From Narcine bancroftii (lineage: Eukaryota), in assembly GCF_036971445.1 (NCBI RefSeq), contig NC_091472.1, positions 122,822,001-122,886,000 on the forward strand: a stretch of DNA of 64,000 nt, given 5' to 3'. Below, piece after piece: positions 51,201-64,000 of the stretch; the stretch's first letter is position 1, and the number at the start of each line of letters is the position of its first letter. Below the pieces are notes generated by a model. It saw nothing but the letters and a program-made list of their open reading frames with translations, ran no database searches and was not told where the DNA came from. The position numbers and the translations under genes were made by a program.

Positions 51201-54200
51201 AAAGCGCGGGAAACAGTCCATAGCGGTCTGCAGCAGCAAACCCAGTGACAAAGGATCTGTAAGGACAACGGTCAGTGAGTATGATCTTGAAACAGACCAC
51301 TGTGGGGCAATCCCACGTCACTCTGGCTGTCGTGCCTCGCACTCCGCCAGGCTCAGTGGCATGGGACCCAGAGGGAGGCATTTGTCCTGGGCAAGCACTT
51401 TCCTCCAAGTCCTTGCCCTGGCACATGGTGTCTAAAGCTGAAAAGCTACAAGGCACTGTGTTCATCTTTGCTTGCGAAGGGATGGGCCATGGATGGTTGG
51501 ATGGATGGGACATGATTCAGGTAGATTTTGGGTCTCTTCCACCTGTTTCATTACTTTTAGAAGGGCGGGGGGGTTAATGTTCTTAAATACTTTATAAAAC
51601 TCTGTAGGGAATCCATCTTCACCTGGTGTTTTATCGTTTAGTAGTTTCATTAATATATCCTGTATTTCTTCAGTTTTAAAGGGATTTGTCAATTTATTTT
51701 GTTCTTCTAATTGTAGTTGTAATAGTTCAATATTGGATAAAAACTCGTCAATTTTATCATTCTTCCCTGTATTTTTGGTTTGATACAAATGCTTGTAGAA
51801 TTTTTTTTAAATTTTCATTAATCTCTAATGGGTTGTATGAGATCTGCTTATCATCTTTTCTTATTGCTAAATGGTTCTTTTTGCTTGTTCTGTTTTAAGT
51901 TGCCAGGCCAATATTTTGTGGGTTTTCTCTCCTAGTTCATAATATCTTTGCTTTGTTTTCATAATGTTTTTGTCCACTTTGTATGTTTGTAGTTTTTTGT
52001 ATTTTATTTTTTTCTCTGCCAATTCTCTTTTTTTTCTGTATCTTCTCTTTTCACTAATTCCTTTTCTATAGTTACCATCTCTTTTTCCAGCTCTTCTACT
52101 TCCCGGTTGTATTCTTTTGTTAATTTTAGTCGTATAACTAATTATTTGTTCTCTAATAAAGGCCTTCATTGCGTCCCATAATATAAATGTATCTTTTACT
52201 GACTCTTTGTTTATCTCAAAATATGTTTTAATTTGTTGTTCAATATATTAACGGAAATCCTGCCTTTTTAACAAATAAGGTTTAGCCTCCATCTATGTTT
52301 TCGGTGGAATATCCTCTAATTCAATTGTTAAAAACAAGGGTGAGTGATCAGATAAAAGTCTTGCCTTGTATTCTGTCCTTCGAACTCTCCACTGAATCTG
52401 CGCTGACAACAAGAACATATCTATTTTTGAATAGGTTTTATGTCTATTTGAATAATATGAATACTCTTTTTCTTTTGGATGTTGTTTCCTCTATATATCA
52501 ATTAATTTCATATTCTGCATTGATTTTAGCGTAAATTTGGTTACTTTTTTTAATTAATTGTCTTCCCTGTTTTATCTATCACTGGATCAAGGTTAAAGTT
52601 AAAATCCCCCCCTAGTAAGATGTGCCCATGTGTATCCGCTATCTTTAGAAAGATGTCCTGCATAAATTCTTGATCTTCTTCGTTAGGTGCATAAATGTTT
52701 AGCAAATTCTGAATAAATCTGGCACTTCATCATTACAAACCTACCTGCTGTGTCTGTTATGACTTAATTTATCTTAATTGGCAAATTCCTGTTAACTAGT
52801 ATAGCTACTCCCCTGGCTTTTGAGTTGTATGATGATGCCACTATATGACCTACCCAGTCTCTCTTCAATTTACTATGCTCTATCTCAGTTAAGAGTGTGT
52901 TTCTTGTATAAATGCTATGTCTATTCTCTCCTTTTTTAAGTAATGTCAGTAATCTTTTCCCTTTAATTTGGTTGTGAATTCCATTAATATTTATGGTACT
53001 CAATGTACTCCTCTTATTCATCAGCTTTAAATTCTATCTTGCCTCTTCAACCCCTCCATCTCCCTTTTTTCAGAATCACTCTTTAAATTTTTCTTACTCT
53101 TTCCAGTACACGACGATACAACTAACAAAAAACCACAGAAGCCCCAACAGAAACAAACACAAAATATACTCTTTAAAAAAAACATTTCCTCTCCCCCCCC
53201 CCCCACCCGCAGTATTGAGTTTGTCTTTGGCTCCTTGCAAGACAATTGCAACTCCCTTTTCTAACTGGGTTGCGATAATGACCGCAAGCGTCAACATATT
53301 TCACAGTGGTAGATCATCCCCCTTCCCCACCCCAACTCAGAGAAACACTATACATTTTTCTAAAAATATAACAAAGCTCTTCCTTTTTTCTTTGCCTCCC
53401 TATCTTTTTCAACCCTAAACATCTGTATTCAAATTATCAACTTTTCAATTTATTTCTATACATTGTCTTAACAGTTTTTTTAATACTCCTCACCTCGCTG
53501 TCTGTTTGGCAATCGTTCAGCAAAGCGATGGGCTTCTTTCGGATCTGAAAACAGTCTATTCTGCTCACCAGGGCTGAATACCTTTAGCACTGCTGGATGT
53601 TGTAGCACAAAATCGTAGCCTTTTTTTCCATAATACCACTTTTGCCAAGTTGAATTCCTTTTGTTTCTTTAAGAGTTCAAAGCTAATGTCCGGGTAGAAA
53701 AATATTTTTTTCCTATTATATTCCAATGGTTCTTTATTTTCCTTCACTCTTTCCTTTGCCAGCTCCAATATTTTCTCTCTCATTGTGTATCGTAGTAACT
53801 TTTTTGATGTGGTTGTGGCTTTGGTGCCAATGTTCTATGGGCTCTTTCGATTTCTATTTCTTCTTGAGTTCTTCCACTCCCAAGATTTGTAGGATCCATC
53901 TTTTTATAAATGTCTGTCCCTTCTTCGCCTTCTTTCACACCCACTATGTTTATATTGCTATAATTCACCAAAACGACAATTTTTTGAGCTAGCAAATCTT
54001 GTGACTCCTTAATTTCCTTGTCTCTATCTTCCAGCTTTTCTCTTAGGTCATTCATCTCCATTTCCACAGCTGCCACTTCAACTCTTTTTCCTATCTCTGC
54101 TATACCAAGTTCCATTCTCTGCATTCTGTCTTCTGCCTTTTCCGTTTTTTGTTATTGTATTAAATTCTATCATTAAGATGTCCATTAGTGTCTTTATTTG

Positions 54201-54755
54201 TTCATCAAAATATTCCTTATCTATTAGCTGCTTTTGTTTTTTTAACTTCTCTCTTCCCATGTGGGTTTTTCTCTTTCTCTTTGTCTTCCTTCTCTGGCTC
54301 TCTTTCTTGTCTTCCTGGTGCTTCCTCCTCCATCGATGTCTCCTCTCCGGTTCCTCCAGCTGTTTCTGCTGTGTCCCACTGCCAAGCTCTGCTCCTATCA
54401 GCATCGGCACTGTACTCTTCGCGCATGCACAGTTGCGCTGTTTTTGGATCTGTGAGCCATCTTTGTAGTCTGTCCCAGGAGCCACCCAGCTGGCCACTTA
54501 CTGGCTTCGGAAGTTGGCCCAACCTTTTGGTGGGAGCTCCCTGCTCCCGTGTACAGGTAAGGCCTTCTTTTTTTCTGGAGGTTTTCTTTCTTCTTCTTTG
54601 CCTGTCATTCTGATCTTCTCTTTCTTTGGAGCCATCGGTTGTCTTGCAGCTTCTCTCTGTTTTCTTTGTTCTGCTTTGTTTTTTTACTCTTTTCAGTTTC
54701 TCCGTGGAAAGCTGGTTTTCCCCTAACCAGCCACTACTCCATCACGTGACTTCCC
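48238..54755 (-). mobile_element. Full-length degenerate L1-clade LINE
   Basis: 5' end GGGAAGTCACGTGATGG; ORF1 EIERAHRTL and IFFYPDIS; endonuclease ININGIHNQIK; RT TPGEDGF, DA.K.FDRVEW, FADD; C-terminal CIPLEKITY; candidate 14-bp TSD 48224-48237 and 54756-54769 with 2 mismatches. Confidence 0.92.
50974..51509 (+). mobile_element. Short non-autonomous RTE-like retroelement nested in L1
   Basis: 9-bp TSD ACATGATTC (50965-50973 and 51510-51518); (GGAT)n-like tail; GGAGAAGGCAACTCTG motif resembling RTE 5' UTRs. Confidence 0.65.
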
Positions 54756-55199
54756 TGGTTGTAAAATATATTTGAATTAAAAAAATCTGTGGACTATTCA
54801 TCATAATCTTAATATATTAACAGCAAAACGCCTGTTATATGACGGAGTCTACATTTCACAATGAAAAGGGCAAAGTTATTCTGTACATGTTTTTTCCACC
54901 TCAGATTCTCATCTCGTGTATATAAAAACAAATGTGTGTTTAAAACCGAAAATTCTGGAAATACTCATCTCTTGTAGAAAGGTCAATGGCTCATCTGAAT
55001 GGTTTGGGTTTGATTATTGAGTATTTTTGTAAAAAATGTTTGAGACACCCAATATTAGATGACATGGACAAAATATTGAGCGTGAAACATTTATCTCTCC
55101 ACAGATGCCTTTTGACATGCTGAGTGTTTCCAGCGTTTTATGTATTTGTTTCAGATTTTTTTAGCAGCTGCCAGTTTTGTTGCTTCTCAATTATAGTTG

Positions 55200-56325
55200 G
55201 TTTGTCTAAGGTGATGACATAATGAAATCACTGACTATACTTTGTGAGAAGTTTGAGGAGATTTGGTATGTCACCAAAAACTCTCAAAAATTTATATAGG
55301 TGGTACCGTGGTGCATATTTGAAATCCTAGTTGAAATCCCATGAAATCCCAGATTGGATCAGGGCCCCAGGGGACGGGAAGATCATGCACCATCTGAGAG
55401 GGAGAAGTGGAGGAGATGACCCGTGGGGACGGTGACCAGGACTACGAACCCGGTGGGGGGGGGGGGTGCTTTGTGGCTGAGGGCAAGAACCAGTGGAAGC
55501 AGTGGGTTACTGAAGATTGCTGTTGGGAGACTTGCACCGGCCGGGCTGCAGACTGCTGGAGACTGGCTTGAACTGGCTGGAGGAGTACCAGGTCTTGAAA
55601 CCGGGATGTGAGGAGGTGTCGAGGGTGCAGGAGGATCCCTGACCACGTCGGAGGTTAGCCAATGATTTGGACAGGATGGCTGCAGAAGCACTGGAGGCGA
55701 ATCTCCGGACACTCGGTGACTCTGGGAAGACTCTCTTTTGCTTTTCTCCCTCTGACTAAGACTATAAGAGGTGCTTAGGCAGATCCTGCCGGTGGCGAAT
55801 CTGTCTGCCTTGCAGCAGGCAGAAAGAAACTTCATGTAATATGACACTGTGAAAATAAATTGAAACCTGAATCTTAGTTGCATCACTGAGTGGTATGGAG
55901 GTGGCACTGAACACGACAGGAAAAGAAATCCAGCAAGTTGTTAACTCGTCCAGCGCCATCATGGGCACCAGTCTTTACTCCATCGAGGACATCTACAAGA
56001 GGTGGTGTCTTAAGAAAGCAGCCTCTATCCTCAAGGATCCTCACCACCCAGACCATGCCCTCCTCACATTGCTACAATTGGGAAAAATTTTACAGGAGCC
56101 TGAGGATGAGCACCCAGCAACAAAAGGACAGCTTCTTCCCTTCTGCTATCAGATTTCTGAACGGACAATGCTGGATATTGATACCAGACACAACCTCACT
56201 TTCTCCTATTTTCTTGCACTATTTATTTATTTTTGACAGGTAATTTTTAGCAATATTTGCTCTGTAATGTTGCCACAAATCAAATTTCATGATGTGTTCA
56301 TGACAATAAATTCTGATTCTGTTTC
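55200..56325 (+). mobile_element. Rex1/Babar-like LINE 3' end with an inserted unclassified repeat (about 55320-55870)
   Basis: LR..RRFGMSPKTL..LYR, then IQQVVNS..AIMG..L.SIEDIY..CLKKAASILKDPHHP and DSFFPSAIR. Confidence 0.75.
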
Positions 56326-56399
56326 TCCACTGTTTTCATTGCAGGATAGTTGAAGATTTCTGAAGTCTTTGAATATTTCTTGGACAAGAGTCTAATGAC

Positions 56400-56710
56400 T
56401 ATACAGCAGCTACTAGAGCTGCCATCTCATAGCTCCAGTGATCCTCGTTGAATCCTGACCTCAGGAGAAATGTGTATGGTGTTTGCACCTTCTCCTTATA
56501 ATCCCATGGGTTTGCTTTGGGTGCTCTGGTTTCATCCCTCATCCCAGAGAAGTGCATTAGTAAAGTTGTCCTTGGTATGTAGGTGTGTGATAGAATCTGG
56601 GGAGAGTTGATGGGAGTATTGGCAGAATAAACAGTTGGGGAAGGATTAATATAAAAACGTTTGATGGTCAGGATGGATTCAATGAAACAAAGTCCCTATT
56701 TCCATGTCCT
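56400..56710 (+). mobile_element. tRNA-derived SINE (V-SINE/HE1-like)
   Basis: Same family as 1760-2075. Confidence 0.65.
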
Positions 56711-58302
56711 AAATGACTTAAAACTAAAAATAGAAAATCTTGGAAAGCAATCAGCTGCCCAAACAGCATCTGTGGAAAGAGTAAAGGAGTTCATGTCTCT
56801 TGTCAGAACTAGGAAAGAGAGAAAGTATGTTATGTTGCAGAACAAGAGGGATGGGAATTTTCCTGATAGGCTGAGACCAAATGAGTTCAGGTGTCTAAGC
56901 TTTGCTGAAGGAACTCATTGGGTCAAGCAGGGTAAGCGGGAGAAAAAAAAGGTTGATGTTTCTAGCCAAAACTCTTTATTCTCCCATTTCCCTGTCTCAA
57001 TAAAGAGTTTAGTCTCGAAACATTGACCATTCCCCCACCCCCCCACTGATGCTGCTTGACCTGCTAAGTTCCTCCAACAGTTTGTTTCTCTTCAGAATCC
57101 AGCATGTGCAGCCTCCTGTGTGTCTTGAGTTAAAAGTATGAATTAGAATCAGAGAATGATGCATTTTCTATGATGTGTAATTAATAGCCAAGGCTCTTGG
57201 CATGCCCAGCAGAGCAGGCTGTACTAATGGAGAAAGAAAAACTAATCACTGATTCACAACAGACAGAAATAGCCGATTCTGACACAGGCAGAAAGAAAGA
57301 GTGCATTGCCTAATATTGGAGAATTTAGTAATGAGTCCAAGAGTCTGCAATGAAAAGCATTTAAAGATATTGAATAGCATAACATTCCAAACTAGAGATT
57401 GATAAAACAATGAAGCAAGACATGTTTGGAAGCCATGATCTGGGTTTTCTGTTTTCTATTTCAGTTTAGAAGTAAGTGGGCAAAGCCCAGTGTTTTGCTC
57501 CACTCATGTCCCAAGGAAAGGAATGGTGTTAGTATAAAGCACTGCCATTGACGATGTGTGTGAAGTTTGGATTGGGAGTTGGGAAAATTCTTCACCTCTG
57601 GCATTAGAAACAGGGCTTTTAATGGTGGAACTTAAATGAGGAAATTAATATTGTATAGAGACTAGAATTATTGGAGCCATTGTATCTTGGAAGAGTGTAT
57701 GGTTGGCTGAGATTATAGAGAATGAAAGGAATGAAAATATGTAGGAATTTGAAATAAAGATGAGAATTAAGATAGCAAAATAAAACTGCATCATGCTGTG
57801 GAAATTTAACAATGCCATGTTTCCTTTATAATGGTGATGTCAAAACCAGGGTTGCAAATGAAGGGAGCTCTTTATTTGTGAACTTGCATCTCAGAACTAC
57901 TCCACTTCCACAGTAGTGTGGAAGATGTAGATCTCCAGTTAATCCCATCTCCCCACAGGAAAATGATTTGACATTCTCCTCTTCTCAATGTGTTATTACG
58001 ATCAATGGTGGAATTTTTCATTTTGTTAGTAAAGTTGTTTTTTCCTGATCATTGTCCTACTGGTTTAATAGATTTCTCTTCCACAATATAGAGGATATTT
58101 TTTTGAATATTTAATTAAAAAATTATAAACCACAATATTAATTACATTTCATTAAATTTAAAAATTAATTCAGAAAGTTATACATGTGGTATATAACAAC
58201 CCTCCTCCCATCTCCCTCCAAAACCCTTAGAAATAAAAATAAAAATAAGAAAAAAAATTAAAGAAAGAAGAACTGGAGAAAGCCAAGGGAATAAAGCATT
58301 TA

Positions 58303-58835
58303 CAGTAAAACTCTGATTATCCGAAATCGGATTCTCCGAAATCCTTAGTTATAAATCCAAAATTAAAAAAAAAAATTTGGATAAACGAGGATATCTGAAA
58401 TCCTCATTTATCTGAAATCCTCATTTATCTGAAATTTTTTTTTAAATTTGATAAAGGAGGATATCCAAAATCTCTTCGGACCCAAACTGACCGGGAACGT
58501 CAGGCTTCCGGCGGCGGCAGCAGTGGACCTCGGGGTCCCAGTGGTGGCAGGGACCTCAAGCTTCTGGGGAGGAGTGGGATCCTCGAGCTTCTGGCACGAG
58601 CAGGGCCTCGGTGGGAGGTGTCGGTGATCAGCGGAGGCCAGCATTTTTTTTTAGTGAGATTTAAACATTATTTTAATGCTTAAAAAGGCTTCCCTTGTTG
58701 TTTGTTGTTGTTTAAACACTGTTACAAGTGATTTGCTGTTGCTACTGGGCTGTTTTTTAAAAAAATGGCCAGTTCTCCAAAAGAAACATTTATCCGAAAT
58801 GGGCCCGGTCCTGACCATTTTGGATAATCAGAGTT
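58303..58835. mobile_element. TcMar/Tigger-like MITE
   Basis: TA|CAGTAAAACTCTGATTATCC and GGATAATCAGAGTT (right tip damaged); repeated subterminal TATC(C/T)GAAAT motifs. Confidence 0.75.
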
Positions 58836-59044
58836 GTTTATCATAAAATCTAATATGGAGGTTACCAAGAAGTGAGGTCAAATGCACAAACCCACATTTT
58901 GTAAATGTGGGTGCCATATTTTCCAAAACAAATGATACTTATTTCATAAACTATAGGTAATCTTCATTAATGGTATACAGCTATGAAGTTCTGCTTGCCA
59001 CCTTTCCATTACTAAATCTGTATCTGACTTCCATAATATTGCTA

Positions 59045-60272
59045 TGTAGTGTTCGCTCTACACATACTCCAAGAATGACACATACTCCAAAGCCTTGAAG
59101 TCAAGATTGGTTTATTACACTGACCATTGCATTTATATGGGCCTCAGGCACTGATATCAGGGCCCTGAGTCATTGGGGCACTGGCCTGGGATTGGTCGGC
59201 GTTCCTGCCACAGTACTCTGCTTTCCTGCTGTGTGGGAGGTTACCTAGGACGACGGCCGGTGTCATCACCAGGTCTGCACGGTTGCCACGTTCATCAGAC
59301 ATTTTGTAGGCTGGTCTGTGTTTCCATGCATGGGCTGCTCCACCACTGCTCACCCCCCCCCCACCCCCAGCACCTGTAATTGGGCCGTTGTCTGCTAACT
59401 TTGGCAGTCTGCCTTTGCATTGTGGGGGAGGAGTGTAGACCAGCTGGTCACAGTCCAGATATGCTGGTTTCAGGCAGTTGATGGTAAAGATCTCCTCCTT
59501 ATCGCTGATGTTCAGGACAAAAGTGGTGCTCTGGGACCCCAAATCTGGACACCCATATGTCGATGATTGCCTTGGCGCAGGTTTTTGTGGTATTATCAGC
59601 CAGTGGGACCGCCTCAGGCCACCTCGTAGAACGGTCAGTAATGGTTAGAAAATATCTCGCCCCACGGGAAACTGATAGCGGCCTCACTATATCAATATGT
59701 GCGTAGCTGAAGCTGCACCATGCTGGTTCAAAAGTCTATGTGGGCGCCTTCGTGTGAGTCTGCACTTTTGAGGACTGGCAGTTCTGTTCAGGTCTTGGCT
59801 CACTGGCCGACCTGCTGGTGGAGGCTGTGTCAGACAAACCTGCTAGCCACCTTCTTGAATGAGTAGAGGTAGAGTCTGAGAAGTTATGATGTGCACAAAG
59901 CACCGTCCCTTGAGGTCTGCAAGCAGACAGTGGGCACGAAGGAAATCAGCCCCCAGGAACGGTTGTACCACTGCTGTGAGAGTAAAGGTCCATGTTGCCG
60001 AACCAAAGAGGGATGGTGCAGGTACCAAAAGTCCAGATGGAGCAGCTGTTGGCTGCCCTCAGTGCTAGGCCATGCTTGTCGTTATGGATATTGAGGACTG
60101 CGGAAGTTAGGACGCTTATCTCAGCACCAGTGTTGACCAGGAAATGCTTGCCCGACAAGGAGTCTGAAACTTAGAGGAGGCTATCACTTGGGCCAACCGC
60201 TGCAGCCATCAATGACAGTGGGTCAGGGCATTTCCCGGAAAACCACAGGGAGGGCAGTATCGATGGGCCTCA
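59045..60272 (-). mobile_element. Internally deleted Gypsy LTR element
   Basis: Gag end (CPPCGFPGNA), protease FLVNTGAEISV and FLGADFL, integrase YFLTITDRSTRWPEAVPL, polypurine tract near 59352-59369, 3' LTR at about 59045-59350; no RT or RNase H. Confidence 0.85.
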
Positions 60273-61244
60273 TACCTGAATTTGTAGAATCAAACTTTTC
60301 TCTGAATAATAATTGTAGGTGACCTTCCCAGCTTCTAATATTTCTCAATCTCAAAACATGTCACCTTCCAAGAGAAGCCTCGATATTCCGAATTGTAGCT
60401 TATTCATCCAAATCAATCAAACTTTGTAATTGCAACTGTAAATAGTTTTAATTTGTTGTTGATAAAAGCGAATAAACATTTTCATAGCTCCCCACTTCAT
60501 AACGATGAGTAAAACAAAGCATATTGTAAATGATAATGATATTACTTCAAACAAATATAAATGAATTAAAATGATACTGTACCTTTGATTACTGTGCCTT
60601 TAAAAAGACAAAATGTTAAAGTATTTAATTTCTGATAATGCAGATCTTTGAATGCAATTCCAGAGTAAGTTTGCAAGAGCCAACAAGAACATAACATTTA
60701 CAGCACAAAAAAAGGTAATTGTGCTCAACTTTTGTATGTAGCCCATACGTATCATTCTACCCTAGAGTAATAGGGTTATACAGCACAGAAACAAGCCCTC
60801 TGTCCCATCTTGGTAATTCCATTTGTCTATTGGAGCCAATCCCATTTGTTTAATTTTGGCTCATATCCCTCAGATCCAGGTACCTGTCAAAAAGACTTTT
60901 AAACATCACAATTGTACCTGCCCCACTAGCTTCCTGTGTCAACTTCTAGAACGAAAGTATATCATAAATAGGAGGACAGCTGGTCAATATGGGCCCTCAT
61001 ACCTGCAGAGGCCATGTGGCCCAGCTGTGATAGGGAACTGTGAAAATGTTTTTGGAAGTCATAAGGTCAATCACTTTTAACAGGACCCTCAATCTCTGAC
61101 TCATTTATGTAACCACAGGATTTATGTAGCTTATAGCTGTTGATTTCTTAGATAATGGTGCTCATTGGGATATTGATATTGGGGGAGGGGGAACGATCTC
61201 AGCGATGAAAATTCCACTGAATGTGAAGTCATCACATCCCCCTT

Positions 61245-61680
61245 GGACATGATCATTGCTTTGCACATATCAAACCTCAACCCGTATTTTTCAGTATCCA
61301 TTCCTGAATTTTGTCTGGGTGTTGCTGCACTCGGATATGGACTGCTCCATTTGCTAAGAATTGTGAACTTTGCAGAGTCATCAGTGAAGATCCATTCTTT
61401 TTCACCTCATGATGGAAGGAGTGAAACAAATGAAGATTGTAGGGCTTGGGATATTGTTCTAAGGAACTTATGTAGCAATGCCCCAACAACTGATTGGGGT
61501 GGTTGACTTCCAACAATCATAACTATCTTCTCTTTGCCCACTGACTTCAGTTTTACCAGGCCACTTTGATGATTAGGACAGTAACTCTCGTCTATCATTT
61601 GGATTCTACTCCTTCGTCTGTATTTGGACCAGAGTGTTAATGAGATCTGGATGTGAGTATGCTGGTTAAGTACAAATGAG
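61245..61680 (-). mobile_element. Old CR1 endonuclease-region fragment
   Basis: Degenerate GDF-like motif and FL.N...Q.V..P spacing on the minus strand. Confidence 0.5.
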
Positions 61681-62647
61681 CATCCTTGAGGAGGTTAATA
61701 TTTCTTGTACATGGTTATTGATACCACAGCCAGCAATATCTTACAAAACTTTGCAGCAAAGAATAAAGTTGGGCTGGGCTTTTGTTGGAAGGGTAAGAAT
61801 GGGGAGGAAGGTGGGTGAGGGGGAGGCAGAGCAAGAGCTTGAGAGAAAGGGAAAAGGACAGAAGTAGGGAGGGACAAAAGGAAGTGAAGCCAAGAAGGAA
61901 AGTGTGAGCAAGACTTTTACTTTGATCCCATGTGGTTTGTACATACACTCAGAATAAACCTATATAGAAAAATTCTACTAACAAACTAATTGAATCAAAT
62001 TAAAAGCCATTAAAAACATAAGATAGTTAATAAATATTCCACTGCAAGACCTGCACGCGGACATTCTGTGGTATTTGGAACATGATCAAATGTTATCAAA
62101 CCAATCTGCAGTGAAGCAGAAGGAGGCCATTGTTTTCTTAAATCTTTGCATTAATTGTGATCATGAGATTGGAACGCAGAGGGAAGGTCATTTGGCTTTT
62201 GGCTAAACTCTCTAGGATTACCTATAGCTCACAACCCCCATTATGCTCTCCAGTTTTCACCTCCAACTGTAAGAATCTGCATTTAACTGGACCCTTTAAA
62301 GTAATAACATCTTCCCAAATCATTCAAAAGGAAAATTATTGTGAGAGGTGAACTTGTAAAGTCCTTAAATGAGTCTCTAATTAAGTTTGTCATTGAGGAG
62401 TGGGTGGAAACAGGAACACACAAAGGAACCCACGCAGACCTATGGAGAATGTGCAGCACTGGATTCAAACCTGGGTCACTGGTGCTATAATAGCTTTATG
62501 CTAACTGCTACACTAGGCTTAGTAAAAAATATTGTTTATTCCAAGGATAAGGGTTCCCTCAGGAAAAATCTGCTTTGTTGTATACACTTACCAGCCAGGG
62601 TGTCATTGGTAGGATCCTTCTTCCTCCTCTTGAACACTGGTAACTGG

Positions 62648-62905
62648 GACGGCACGGTTGGTGTAACGGTTTGCACAACGCCTTTACAGCACCGGTGATT
62701 AGGGCCAGGCTTCGAATCCCGTGCTGTCTGTAAGGGGGTTGTACGTTCTTCTGGTGCTTGTGTGGGTTTTCCCCAGGGTCTCCGGTTTCCACCCACCATT
62801 CGAAATGTACTGGGTGTGTAGGTCAATTAGGTGTCAATTGGAGAGCACTGACTCATGGACTGAAATGACCTGTTACCATGCTGTATGTCTAAATTTAAAA
62901 CTTAA
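62648..62905 (+). mobile_element. tRNA-derived SINE
   Basis: GGCACGGTTGGTGTAACGG A-box-like head, GCTTCGAATCC B-box, V-like core and AAATTTAAAA tail. Confidence 0.75.
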
Positions 62906-62929
62906 ATAAAATTCAACACCTCATCCTGA

Positions 62930-64000
62930 CCAGCTGCCCGCTCTGGATCTTTATATTTCCAATTGCAGTTGAGACATCAACCGTCTCAACTTTATCATTT
63001 CACATTCTAATCTCACCCCGTTCTGAACGCTCTGCCCTCTACTCTCTCCACACAAATCCCAACCTCCCAATCAAACCGCCAGCAAGGGTGGTGCCATTAT
63101 GGTCCGTTGCACTAACCGCAGCATTGCCGAGACTAGATGACAGCTCTCAGACCCCTCCTCTTACTTACACCTTCACAGGACCCCACCAAAGAACATCAAA
63201 ACACTGTCTCACATACCATCTCTAACCCCATCACTTCTGGTTATCTCACACCCACAGCCTCCAATTTCATTGTTTCTCACTGCCCGGTTCTACCTCCTAC
63301 CCAAGATACACAAACCCAATTATCCAAGTAGACCTATTGTTTCCACATGCTCCTGCCCCACCAAACTAGTATCATCAACCTCAGCTCCATTTTTTCCCTG
63401 GTCTAGTCCCCCCCTACCAACATCTGAGAGACCTCATGTGCCCTCCATCTCTTCAGTAACTTCCAACTCCTTGACCACTTTATTTTCACTATGGACATCC
63501 AATCTCTCTACGCCCCCATCCCTCATACTAAATGTATCAAAGCCCTTTGTTTCTTTCTTAACCACAGGCTGAACCAGCTCACCCTTCCTCTGCCTGACAA
63601 AACTTGTTCTTGCCATCAACAACTTCTCCTTTGACTCATTCCAGCTATGCCTCCTTTTTTGTTGGCTATATGGAGCAATCCATGCTACAAGTCGACACAG
63701 ACAAGGCTCCACAACTCTTCCTCCGCTGCATTGATGACTACATTGGTGCTGCCTCATGCACCCATGATGAGCTTGTTGACTTCAGACACTTTGATGCTAA
63801 CTTTCACCCTGACCTCAAATTCATGGCCCATCTCTGGTGACACTCTCCCATTTCTTCATCTTTCTGTCTCCTTGAAAGGCAAACTTTCTACAGATTTTTT
63901 ACAAATTACCAACTCCCACAACAACCTTGACTACACTTCTTCACATCCAGTCCCCTTTAATGATTCTATTCTTTCAGTCAATTCCTCTGTCTCCATTGTA
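62930..64000 (+). mobile_element. Penelope-like element RT fragment, running off the window
   Basis: ARFYLLPKIHKP..P.RPIVS, FTMDI.SLY, YA..FVGYME and LR.IDDYIGA are Penelope RT motifs; frameshifted. Confidence 0.88.

Larger units (their letters stand above)
58095..60470 (-). mobile_element. L1 3' fragment hosting nested MITE and Gypsy insertions
   Basis: L1 pieces at about 58095-58300 (3' UTR), 58840-59044 (CIPLMKITY) and 60275-60470. Confidence 0.7.

Noticed and set aside
48767-54522. Many ORFs that might suggest an active or domesticated gene cluster
   Set aside because: All are frameshifted pieces of one L1 ORF1/ORF2 or their antisense shadows.
57905-57924. Perfect 8-bp hairpin CTTCCACA-GTAG-TGTGGAAG, superficially IRE-like
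   Set aside because: Lacks the CAGUGN loop with bulged-C geometry, is not in a known UTR, and is plausible by chance in 64 kb.
62648-62725. tRNA gene candidate (A and B boxes)
   Set aside because: Continues straight into a SINE body and recurs in the window; no full cloverleaf.

Overview
Vertebrate genomic DNA. The repeat content (CR1, L1, Rex1/Babar, Penelope, V-SINE/HE1-like and Deu-like SINEs) suggests a cartilaginous fish, probably a ray; this is inference. Two complete multi-exon genes lie on the minus strand: SLC7A4 (cationic amino acid transporter 4; 4 coding exons, 630-8395, 650 aa) and DGCR6 (5 coding exons, 20341-37264, 196 aa). All exon junctions are GT-AG and phase-compatible. 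CpG- and motif-rich promoter-like regions lie at about 13.8 kb, 39.3 kb (possibly bidirectional) and 45.4 kb. Most of the rest is decayed and nested transposable elements, many with readable target-site duplications (TSDs). I found no convincing new protein-coding system. The most unusual structures are: two hAT elements with shared ends but different, apparently captured interiors; a 1.58-kb fold-back Tc1 derivative in a DGCR6 intron; a 28-bp CCAAT/G-rich minisatellite upstream of SLC7A4, split by a solo LTR; a full-length L1 with a doubled 3' UTR and a short RTE-like passenger; and uORFs in both genes. TE family names come from recalled motifs, not database searches, and boundaries without TSDs are approximate.
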